64,000 nt of DNA from NCBI RefSeq assembly GCF_009914755.1, contig NC_060947.1. The stretch is one strand, 5' to 3'. Positions 13,720 to 25,684 of the stretch are shown one piece after another. The stretch's first letter is position 1, and each line of letters opens with the position of its first letter. A model generated the notes under the pieces. The model did not search any database. It was given only the letters and a program-made list of their open reading frames with translations, and had not been told where the DNA came from. Made by a program: the position numbers and the translations under genes. The DNA comes from the human T2T-CHM13v2.0 reference genome, Homo sapiens.

Positions 13720-14720
13720 GATGCCCCATAAATCTGTGGCAGGCCCTGACTTTCCTATAGAACTCAAGACTCATATATTAAACTGCCTGTTTGGTATCCC
13801 CACAGTTTATCAAAAGGTATCTCAAATTTAATAAAGTCAAAAAGGAATTGTTGATTCTGCCATCAACAAATTTGTTCTTTCCTAGTCTTCTTCATCTCAG
13901 CGTATGTCATCTCTTCACACCAAGCATCACAAAATCTATGAGTTATCTTTGATTTCCCTCTTATTTCCTCAGACCCCTCAATCTTCACTATGTGCTGCAG
14001 ATGTCATCTCCAAAATCTATCTGAAATTTGTCCGCTGATCTCCATCTTTCCTGCTACCATCATAGTCACAGCCATCATCTTCTCTCAGTTGGATTACTGT
14101 TGTAACCTCCCAACTGGTGTCCTTGCCTCCCATCTTACCCCTTCTTACAAACAATTTTCCAAACAACAGCCAGAATAATCTTTTTGAAAATTCAGCTCAG
14201 ATGATATCACTCCCCTACTTAAAACTTGAAGGATATTCCCACAGCACCTTGAATAAAATCCAACTTCTTACCCTATCTTAAACCTACATAATCTGAACAT
14301 GTCAACATTCCAAGCTCATGTCTTGTCATTCTCTCACTTGACCAATGGGATCCATCTGCACCTTCTATGCAAAGTTTACTCCCATTTAGGGTTGTCTACT
14401 AGCTATTCCCTCTAGCTGGAATACTCTCTGTATCTTTACAAGATTGACATGTTATTCAGATTCTCAACTAAATAACAGTTCAGAGGCCTTCCCTAACCAC
14501 TCATGTTAAGAAGTCATCTAGTTATAGTGATATCCTACTTTAACTCTTTGCATAGCACTTATATATATCGGATACTTTCCTTATTTTCTTGTTTTGTTTG
14601 TCTATGTTCTCCCCACTGAAAATAATTTCCATGGAATCATTGCTTTTACATGCCTTTTTCTATAGGCATTCCTGAAATTTCAAAATGTAAACATCTGACA
14701 CACAGCAGATGTCTGATCAA
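13720..14720 (+). mobile_element. L2a
   Basis: aactcaagactcatatattaaactgcct, aacctcccaactggtgtccttgcctcc, cagaggccttccctaaccac. Confidence 0.8.
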
Positions 14721-16655
14721 TATTTTTGATTAAGCGTGCTTTTTAAAACCTGTCTCAATTAGATGAATGATGTCTAATTGTTTTCATTTGCATTACTGTG
14801 TTTTCTACCAAGACGGAACACTTTTTATATACTTAGTAGACATTTATAGTTCTGTCACTATTCTATCTTCTAGTGAAATAACTGTTTCATGTCCTTTGCC
14901 TTTTTTTCCCATTATAAGGTAACAGAGCTTTTATTTGTAAGTAAATATTAAAGATATTTACTATTTGTCAAATTCATTGCTTACATTTTACTAGTTTGTT
15001 GTTTAATTTCGTTATTGTTTTTGGGCACATGAATGATTTAATTCTCATGTAGTCATGTATTGATTTTATCCTTTGCCACTTATTCTATATATTTGAAATT
15101 ATATTCCATATTATATTTTGACAGTCCAGAGAACTGATAGTCACGAATGTCTTCTTTTAGTTTTAAATGATTTGATTTTCTACATTACATTATTTGACCT
15201 ACCTGAAATTAATTATATTATAAAATATAAGGATCTATGTTTATGTATTGAAATGGTATATTTTATTTCTAATTGAATAGTCATTCTATTATCTACTAAT
15301 TTATAATATAATATTTTTCATGAACAATTCACACACACTCTATAAGTGTGTGTGTGTGTGTGTGTAGTAGTAGTGGCAGTGGTGGTGGTGGTGGTCATAG
15401 CAATTGTTGTAATAGTATTAACAGTGATGTGCATGGACTCTGGAGTTAGTAAACTGGATAGGATTGCTAGGTCAACCAATTAATAGCCATGCAACTTTGG
15501 ACATGTTCCCTAAATTCTTTGCGCCGTAGTTCTTTGTGTATAAAATGAGACTAATAATAGTACCGGATTATAACGATATTTGTGAATTAATAAAGAGAGC
15601 ACATGTATGGCAGAGCCTGCTAGCTGTACATCAAAATATACCCTCTCCTTCTCCCAGACAACAGTTAGACTACATTTTCCTAGTTGCCCATTCAGTTAGG
15701 TTTGGCCATAGGACTAAGCTCTTTTTCTGACTTATAAATAACAGATTAAAAAGAAGTGGATGTGATATATAAAACTTTCTGGTCTGGTCTATATAAACGT
15801 CCTCCATCCTCTTCATTTTCTTTCCCCCTGTGGTTGATTGTGTTGTTGGTAGCCATAGGAACCTTAGAATTCACCTTCATCATCTTTCAAAAAGAATATT
15901 TGACAGACTGAGCTCTGGTATGGCTACATAGACTAGAGCAACCACTGAACTGGAACCTCTAACCAAGATTGTTATACAAACACGATGTAAACTATTCTTT
16001 TGAGTCATTACATGCCCAGGTCTATTTGCTACAATAGCCTGACTAGCCTTAATATCATATACAAAATTATAAACAGAGTAACTAATTAGTACATAGTAAG
16101 AGCTTAAACAGAGTAGATATATAGCCAGATGTGGAATACACAAGTGCAGGTAAAGATGAGGTATCAAATAGTAGTTGCTTGCCCTTATGTTCTGTTTCAC
16201 TACCTTGTCAATTCTTGTGGCAATATCACAACATTTTGAATACTGTAAACTATGTTGTATGCCCTAAAAGCTTGTAGTTCAAGTGCCACTTCATTACTCT
16301 TATTTTGATAGATATCTTGGGCTGTTTTTCCACATGGATTTTAGAATCATTTGGTCAAATTAAAATAATTGCAAGGAATGTTTGATTGTATTCTTATTAA
16401 ACTAATAAATTGAAGATAAATTATGTATTTTACATTATTCATTTCCTAGTGTAACAATTCTTTTAAATAAATAAAATAAATGCATGCTCATTTCTGTTTC
16501 TGTAATTGCTGAGAATAAGATTATTTTCTTCTACTATATGTTCTAAAAGATTATTGTCTATATAAAATTACAATCTCTGAAGACAGTGTAATTCTGTATG
16601 AGCAAAAACTGATATATAGTTTATATATAAGTATGTTTATATCCATGTATGTATA

Positions 16656-16735
16656 TTAGGTTCTTACAAAAGTAATTGCAGTTGTTGCCATTGAAAGTAA
16701 GGGCAAAAAATGCAATTACTTTTACACCAACCTAA
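16656..16735. mobile_element. MADE1 (80-bp Hsmar1-derived MITE)
   Basis: ttaggttcttacaaaagtaattgc...gcaattacttttacaccaacctaa; 80 bp; TA on both sides. Confidence 0.93.
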
Positions 16736-16758
16736 TATATGTCTGTGTATATTCATGC

Positions 16759-16759
<1 letters not shown>

Positions 16760-16803
<44 letters not shown>
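16760..16803. repeat. (TA)n microsatellite, about 22 units
   Basis: Uninterrupted TA run. Confidence 0.95.
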
Positions 16804-16810
<7 letters not shown>

Positions 16811-17530
16811 CCATGTTGTTATAGATATATGTGTGTGTGTGAACAGATATATGTAGGGATGTGTTTGTGTTTACTACATGACCACTTTAATAATATTCTA
16901 TTAATTATATTAATTTCTACATTATTTATTTTTAGTTCATTATCTTGACATCTATAGTTATATGATCTTTCAGTATTTCATTTATTTTCCTATATGTCTG
17001 AATTCTTTCCTTCAATGTCCAAAATCTATCAAATAATACTACATTATAGAATTGATAGGAAATACTGTTCTATTTATCCTGACGTAAATGCTTCTTGGTT
17101 TCAAAATGATGCTGGCTTTCTGTTTGATCACACATTTTTATCTTATTAGTAATGGATTTATATTTTCCAGGTTTCTATTTATAATTTGACACCAGGAGTA
17201 TTCTCTAGTTTTAGTTTTTTTGTAGTTGGTTTAAAAGAATTTGGTATCTAGCTTGTGTTACCTTTTTAAAGAAAATTGATACATTTTATGCATATATATA
17301 TAAATTTTTTTTTACTTAGGACATATAATAGACCAGAGCACAAATTAACTGTTCTAGAATTTTTTGGTGTATTTTTTTTGATAAGTTTAAACTTTCTTTC
17401 ATAGTTATTTATATACTAGTATCTTCTTTCTTTTAAGCACTGTTAGTCATTTATATTTTCTGAGAAAAATTTTCATTTTAATTAGATTTTATAATTTGTA
17501 AACATATAATTGAACAAAGCAATCTATTTT

Positions 17531-17950
17531 TGTCTTGGTTTTGGCTGGTATAACAAAATACCATAGGCTGTGTACCTTATCAAAAACATAAATTTACTTC
17601 TCACAGTTCTGAAGAATTTATTTTCTTACAGTTCTTACAATGTTGTGGGATCTTGAAGTCCAAGATCAATGCCCCAACAAACCTGATGTCCGGTGTCAGG
17701 CGTCTGATATTTGTTGTCTAGTTTTCTGGTTTACAGATGAGTCCTTCTACCTGTGTCCTCATTTGATGGAAAGACAATGAATCTCTCTGGGGTTTCATTT
17801 ATAAGGGTACTAATTCCATTAATTAGGGCACTGCTCTCATCACCTAATCACCTCCTAAAGGTCCTGCCTCCTAATATCATCATCTTGGGGATTAGGATAT
17901 CAAAATATAAATTTTTGAGGGGGGAGGGCACACACATTTAGACCCTAGCA
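17531..17950 (-). mobile_element. MLT1A/MSTD-like MaLR LTR
   Basis: ataacaaaataccataggctg...tctcacagttctg...aagtccaagatcaa...ataagggtactaattccatt...agaccctagca. Confidence 0.8.
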
Positions 17951-18689
17951 ATCTCTGTCATTCTCTCTCCCTCCACTGGTCTCTCTCTCTCCACATTTTC
18001 ATATCTGTTGCTATAAACCCTAGCAGCCAGTTTACATGTATTTTATATCCTTTGTCTTCATTATTTTACTTTATCCCCCTCCATCCCAAATTACTTGCCT
18101 CGTTTATTTATGAGTTAATTTTTGAATGATTTCCTCCTGTCTGTTTCAGTATGTTTCATTTATTCTCTCAAAATGTTTGAGAAAATGATTTGGGGAAGCC
18201 TAGTTACTACTTTTTCACCTCTCTAGCTGGTAAGCCATTGAGAAAAAAATGTAAATATTAAAATGCAGATGAAATCACAATATAACAACTTGAATGTAGT
18301 TGAAAGTTTATTGTACAATATACCAGAATCTCCTGTCCCAGTCCTGATATGCACTTACATTTCCAGACACATGCGCACACAAAAGGTGGACGGTGGCTGA
18401 CTTGGAGAGTGTGGGCCAACTCTTGTAGTAGGCTTACATCATCACTTAATAGCTATGAAGTCAAATACTTTTTTATTTTATTGAGGCAATCCATGTCTAT
18501 TGTGAGACAGAAGGAGTGGTAGACATTTCCATGATACTTGACTTTTTCCTAATGACTCCAACACTAATTAACATGGCCCACTGGCTACTAGGACCTCCCT
18601 GTTTTTTTACCAAACAGACACATGCCTCTTCCTCTGGTGAGGAGAAGTAGCCTCTGTACTTTAGAGAGGTACCAGAAGGGTTGACTCCA

Positions 18690-19088
18690 ATACTTCACAT
18701 TTCTGGGAAATGCTGTGGGCTCTGGAGTCTGACTACATGTCAGCTTAGAGCTGTGTCTGTCCTGAAAATCCCATCCAGTAGAAGGGAGCTTGACCCACTC
18801 CACCGGGCAGGTCAAACCCAATATTGGGTGGATGCAAGGGTATATAGTTCCTGCTAACTTGCCTAAATTCGGGACAAATGTAGAAGATTGTCCCAGCTCC
18901 TGACCTTCCTGTGGCATGGACTGTAGCAGAGACCTCTGTGGTAACTGTGGCAGTTCAACTTTATCTGCCCAATCTTTTAAAAACTTTTCACTACTTTACA
19001 GGTGTTGTTACTGAGAATTCTTCCCAATCAACTTCCTTCATGGGTACCTCTGTCACAGAGTCTGTTTGCAGGGGAACAACATAAGACA
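18690..19088 (+). mobile_element. LTR16-like ERVL LTR
   Basis: acaggtgttgttactgagaattcttcccaatcaac...cagagtctgtttgcaggggaacaacataagaca. Confidence 0.6.
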
Positions 19089-19089
19089 G

Positions 19090-19235
19090 ATGCACACTGG
19101 AAATACTCAGGAGCTTTTTAGTGACACTTGACCCCAACCTCAGAGATTATGATTTAATTGGTCTAAGAAGAAGCCTAAGCATCTTAAACACTCCCTAGAT
19201 AATTCTAATGTGCAGCTAGGGATGAAAACCACTGT
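19090..19235. mobile_element. MER5A-like
   Basis: cagagattatgatttaattggtct...ataattctaatgtgcagctagggatgaaaaccactg. Confidence 0.7.
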
Positions 19236-22031
19236 CTTAACCCATTGAGCTTAATAATGAAGCATATGGTGTGGCCATTACCTTTGGAAGAGTAAACTAG
19301 TAATATATCAGGGCAGTACTGCTCCACCTAATCTCCATAAGGCAGCACGTACTTGCAGCCCCTGTATGAACCACTACTATTTTATCTATTTTCTATGATG
19401 AGCTATGAGCTATGAAGACAGTACAATTTTTTTCTCAGAAGACTGTAAAGTGGCTCAGAAGAAGACACTAATACAATTAACTTCAAGGCTGCATTATACC
19501 CTAGGCAGAGTACTTTATCATTATTGAATTTTCCATCTCAAATTATGCCCATCTTTATTGTTCAGTATAGCACACCAGAGATTATGCAATTAGCCCAAAT
19601 AATTACAACATGAACAATGCCCCAAATTTGAACACTCTGTACGAAACTCCTTCAATTATTAATTTTCCAGGAAGAAATTAGAGAAGAAAAATGAAATCTT
19701 ATCAAATTAAAAATCCGAAGAAATAAAAGATAAAAATGTTTGCCCTTCCAAATTGATATTTTTGTAGGTCACAAATAGAGTGATCTACTGCAAAAGCCTG
19801 TGTAAAGCTGGGTTTTCTTCTTCAATATCTATGGCCAATTTACTCTTGAAATAAGTCCCTTAACACCATCCCAAAAGCCAAAATAATCCAGCACTCTATC
19901 TCTCGTTTGTCTCACTTTCACACGGCATCAGAGTGCCAGGCCCACATTCAGAAAATTTAGAAATCAGGAATATAAATCTAGCTACAGAGATGTTCTCCTG
20001 ATAAACATTATATTCCCAGAAACTGGTACTTTGTAAAAGTCCCCAATATTTTTAGCAACCAGACAATAGCAGACACAGTTGTTGTAAAACAAGTACACAG
20101 CAAAAAGAAAAAGCATGAGACATGAAAGGTGTTATGTACTTTTTAATTTTTATGTTTAAAAAAAATTGCTGATAAGCTTGAATATTTTCTTCATATGTTA
20201 ATCATCTGAAATAATTATGTGATTGCCCAAGACTTGAAGTACATAATTTACACTTAGAGTGTACTTAGGTTCCTTATAAATCTACGGAAATGAAAAACCT
20301 TGCCAATTGTTTGGCTGGTGATGTAGAAAATAGTACTAGATTTCAATATGAAATTAACCTGCTTCAAAAATTTTCTATAAGGCAAAAAAGAATGGTGGTA
20401 TTGACTAGCCCAGAAGCCTTTTTTATTATATACAATAAGAAAAATTAAATACAAATATGCTAAAACAAAATTGCATGCACTTTTTATAAAGACTTGAATA
20501 TCCTCAAATACATATATGCTTTCAATGCAAATAGTCAAGGTCTACTGCTCACTCGCTACTAATAATGAAGTAGGGCACATAGTCATCAGTTGCTTCTGCT
20601 TTTTTGTGTGTAATTGATTCTCTTCTCTGCCTTGCTCAACCTCGTTCTATTCTTATATAAATCTTCTTGTCTTTTGTGCCTTCTCCAGACATTTTCAGCT
20701 GAAGCTCTCCTGAAAACAATCTCCTCAGACAGGAAACGTTAGAAAAAAACTGAACCTAACAAATAAGTAGGATTTGAAATTTGTTTTACTCTTATATGTC
20801 ATCATCTAATTTTTCCAGAAAAGACCCTAGGCAATTTTGGATACACTGAGCATTAGCTTTCCCTTGTCCTACCCAAGCTAATTTGGTATCAATTCCTACC
20901 TTATTTCCTGAAAGTCAGCCCGATTCCCTGTGGGTTACAGATGGGATTCCTATGACTGTGCCTTATGTAACAATTTGAAACTTCTTGGCTACAACTAACT
21001 CCAAGGTACCACACTCAAACAGACAATATACTTTTGGCTAGCTCAACCAGTGAGATTCCATAGCCTCGGTTCAGATTTAGAAGTTGATTACTGCTACTAT
21101 AAAATAGATCTTCCTGCCTTGTAAAACATACACACGCACATACACACACATTAATCTTGATTTTTATGCAATGATGCTTTTTCTTTATGAATGGCTGAAT
21201 AGGGAAAAAGTTTTGATGAGAGAGATTTATATGAAGGGGTATAAGCAGTGTAGATTTATTTCAATATTTTGAGTGACTGTATACTATCCCATTATGTGCA
21301 TATTTATAAGTTATTTAACCATTCTATTAATGGTCATTTACCTTGTTTTCAGTTTTTTACGAACAATATTGAAATGAACATCCTGTTACTTATACCTTTA
21401 TTATATCTCAGTTGGAAGGCCGAAGACATGTACAAACATAAATAGGAATAGAAACACAAATGTGTATATAAATATAAGTATAAATCACCAGATTGCTTTC
21501 TAAATGGTTTGTAATCCTTTACATCTTTACCATCGCTGGGTATTTTTCGAAAAAAATATTATCTGTCTAATGGGTGTGTAATGGTATCTAGTTGTTACTT
21601 TAATTTAGATTTCCTAATTACAAGGATAATTTGATTATTTCTCATGTATCTACTGGCGATTTGAATTTACTTTTTTTGTGAATTGTCATTAATAATTTTT
21701 GTCCATTTTCCTCTTGGATTGTTTATCTTTTACATATCAGTTTGTAAGATTTCTCTGTATATTCTACTGTTACACATATTTATTTCCATTTTTTTTAAAT
21801 TTTTGTGGGTACGTAGTAGGTGTACATATTTATGGGGTAAATGAGATGTTTTGATACAGGCAGTGTGAAATAATCATATCATAGGAAATGGAGTATCCAT
21901 CTTGTCAAGCATTTATTCATTGAGTTGCAAACAAATCAATTCCACTCTTTAAGTTATTTTAAAATGTACAATTAAGTTGTTATTTACTTTAGTCACCTCA
22001 TTGTACTATCTAATAATAGGTCTTATTTATT

Positions 22032-22271
22032 CTTGAGAGCTTGTTTGGAGGTTCTAGCAAGGGAGTACAGCTACTCGTATATGTTTGACCAAAGACTGGT
22101 ACTCCTCTGTTGGGGATGGTCGTTCTCTTCGACCAAGTTTGCAGCTCTGGGAGAGATGCATATGGAGTGGTGAGGGAGGAAGGGAACTCCCACCCAGCCA
22201 ACCAGATCAACTGAATAAACCCTGATGATCAATGGGGTGACAGATGTTGCAGCCAGGTCACCCTCACATCC
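22032..22271 (-). pseudogene. 7SK snRNA pseudogene (RN7SKP-type), 3'-truncated and tailless
   Basis: Minus strand reads GGATGTGAGGGTGACCTGGCTGCAACATCTGTCACCCCATTGATC...TACGAGTAGCTG...GCTAGAACCTCCAAACAAGCTCTCAAG, matching 7SK nt 1 to ~240; TSD tatttattc/tattcattc. Confidence 0.95.
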
Positions 22272-25200
22272 TATTCATTCGCTCTATTTTTTTACACCCA
22301 TTAAACATCCCCACCTTCCCCCAAACACCCACTACATTTCCCAGCCTCTAGTCACCATCCTTCTACTCTCTATGTCCATAAGTCGATTGCTTTGGTTTTT
22401 AGATCCCACTAATAAGTGAGAATGTGTGAAGTTTCTCTTTCTGTGCCTTCCTTATTTCACTTAACATAATGATCTCCAGTTCCATTCATGTTGTTGCAAA
22501 TGACTGGATCTCATTTTATTTTATGCTTGAATAGCATTCCATTGTGTATATATACCACATTTTCTTTATTTATTCTTCTGTTGATGGACAATTAGGCTGC
22601 TTACAAATCTTAACTATTGTAAACAGTGCTGCAACAAACAAGGGAGTCCAGATATCACTTCAATACATTGATTTCCTTTCTTTTGGGTATATACCCATCA
22701 GTTGGATTGCTGGATCATGTGGTAGCTAAATTTGTAGTTATTTGAGGAACCTCCAGAATATTCCCCATAGAGGTTTTACTAAATTCTATTTCCATCAAGA
22801 GTGTACAAGGGGTACCTTTTCTCCACATCCTTGCCAGCATTTTTTATTACTTGTTTTTGGATATAAGTCATTTTAACTGGGGTGAGATAATATCCCATTG
22901 TAGTTTTGATTCCCATTTCTCTGATGATTAATGATGTTGAGCACCTTTTATATGCCTGTTTGCATTTTGCATGTGTTCATTTGAGAAATGTCCATTCAAA
23001 CATTTTGCCCATTCTGGTTATTAAGTCTTTGTCAGATACGCAGTTTGCAAATATTTTCTCCCATTCTGTGGGTTGTCTCTTCACTCTGTTGATTGCTTTC
23101 TTTGCTGTGCAGAAGCTTTTTAACTTGATGTAATCCCATCTGCCCATTTTTATTGTGGTTGCCTGTGCTTGTAGGGTATTACTAAAAAACCCTTTGTGCA
23201 GACCAATGTCCTGGAGATTTTCCCCAAAGTTTTCTTGTAGTTTTATGCTTTGAATTATTATATTTATGTCTTTAATCCATTTTGGTTTTACGTTTGTATA
23301 TGGTGACAGACAGGGATCTAAATAAAATAAATTCTTCATATGGATATTCAGTTTTCCCAGAACCATTTATTGAAGACACTGTCTTTTCCCCAGTGTATGT
23401 TCTTGGTACTTTTGCAAAAATGAATTCACTATAGGTGTATGGATTTGTTTCTGGGTTTGCTATTCTGTACCTTTGGTATGTATGTCTGTTATTATGATAG
23501 CACCATGCTGTTTTGGTTACTATGGCTTTGTAGTATAATTTGAAGTTAGGTAATGTGATTCCCCGAGATTTGTTCCTTTAGTTTAGGATAGCTTTGGCTA
23601 TTCTGGGTCTTTTGTGGTTCTGTATAAATTTTAGGATTGTTTTGCTTATTTATGTGAAAATTGTCACTAGTATTTTGATAGGGATTGAATTGAATCTGTA
23701 GATTGCTTGGGTAGTAGGTAGGCACATTTTAACAATATCAATCTTTCCAATACATGAACATGAAATATTTTTCAATTTTGGGGTGTCTACTTCAATTTAT
23801 TTTATTAAAGTTTAATAGTTTTAATTACTGAGGTTTTTCTTCACTTCTTTAGTTAAATTAATTCCTGGATATTTAATTTTATATGTGGCTATTGTAAATG
23901 GGATTACTTTTTTAAATTTCTTTTTCATGTTGTTCTTTGTTGGCATATAAAAGTAGTACTGATTGGTGTATGCTGATTTCATATTCTGCAACTTTACTGA
24001 ATTTGCTTATCAGTTATAATAGTTTTTTTGTGGAGTCTTTAGGTTTTTCCTAATATAAGACCATACCATCTGCCAACAAAGATAATTTGACTTCCTCCTT
24101 CTGAGTTTCAATGCCCTTTATATCTTTCTCTTGTCTGATTGCTCAACTTCCCATACTACGTTGAATAATAGTGCTGCCAGTAGGAACATTTGTCATGTTC
24201 CAGATCTTAAAAGAAAGGTTTTGTTTTTTCTCCATTTGGTATGATGCTAGTTGTGGTTCTGTCCTATATGGCTTTTATTATGTTGAGGTATGTTCCTTCT
24301 CTATCCAGTTTTGTAAGGGTTTTTTCATGAAGCTATGTGGAATTTTATCAAATACTTCTTCAGCATTCATTGAAATGATATATGATTTGTATCCTTCATT
24401 CTATTGGTAAGGTGCATCACATTGATTGAGTTGCATATGTTGAACCATCCTTGTATCAAATGGATAAATCCCATTTGGTCATGAAGAATGATCTTTCTAA
24501 CATACTGTTGATTTTGGTTTACCAGTATTTTTTTTAAGATTTTGGCATTAATATTCATCGGACATACTGGCCTATAGTTTTCTTCCCCACCGCCTTTTTT
24601 TTTGTTTTTTTTTTTTTGGATGTGTCTTTGGTTTTGGTATCAGTGTAATACTGGCCTCATCAGGTATATTTGGAAGTTTTCCCTTCTCCTTTAGTTTTCA
24701 GAAGAGTTTGAGTAGTGTTGGTATTTGTTCTTCTTTAAATATTTGGTAGAATTCAGCTGTGAAGACCTCAGGTCCCAGGATTTTTTTTAGTGGGAGACAT
24801 TTTACTATGGCTTTGATCTCATTACTTGTTATTGGTTTGTTCATATTCTGGCTTTCCTCCCAGTTCATTTTTGACAGGTTGTATGTATCTGGAAATGTGT
24901 TCATTTATTCCAGATTTTCCAGTTTATTGGCATATAGTTTCTAATAGCAGCCACTAATGATCCTGTACATTTCTGCAGTATTAATTGTAATGTCTCCTTT
25001 TTCATTTACGATTTTATTTATTTTGATCTTCTCTTTTTTTTTCTTAGTTTGGCTAAAGTTTTGCCAATTTTGTTTAACTTTTCAAAAAATGAACATTTTG
25101 TTTCATTGATCTTTTGTATTGTTTTCTTTGCTTCAATTTCATTTATTTCTGACTTGATCTCTATTATTTATTTTCTTGTACTAATTTTGAATTTGCTTTG

Positions 25201-25540
25201 CTCTTGCTTTTCTGGTTCTTGAAGATGCATCATTAGATTGATTATTTGAAGTTTTCCCTCTCTTTTGACATAGGCACATATAGATATACACTTCTCTGTT
25301 AGTTCTTCTTTTGTATATTCTATAGGTTTTGGTATGTTGTGTTTCATTACCATTTGTTTCCAGACATTTTTCAATCCCTTCTTAATTTCTTCATCGACCC
25401 ACTGGTAATTCAGAAACAGATCATTTAATTCCCATGTATCTGTATTGTTTCCAATACAGATTTTTATTAGTTTCTTCTTATTAGTTTCTAGTTTTATTCC
25501 ATTATATTGAGAGAAGATGCTTAATATTGTTTCAACTTTT

Positions 25541-25684
25541 TATACATATGTAACTAACCTGCACATTGTGCACATGTACCCTAAAACTTAAAGTATAATA
25601 ATAATAATAAAAGAAAAACAAAAAACCCTAGGAATCTTCTACTGAAGATATTAAAGAAGATATTATTAGCAATGCAAAAAAAAA
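25541..25684 (+). mobile_element. Very short young L1PA 3' end with a probable 3'-transduced tag
   Basis: tatacatatgtaactaacctgcacattgtgcacatgtaccctaaaacttaaagtataat + A-rich tail + 50-bp non-L1 tag containing ATTAAA + second A run. Confidence 0.85.

Noticed and set aside
15330-15365. cacacacact-ctata-agtgtgtgtg hairpin
   Set aside because: Trivial consequence of adjacent CA and TG microsatellites
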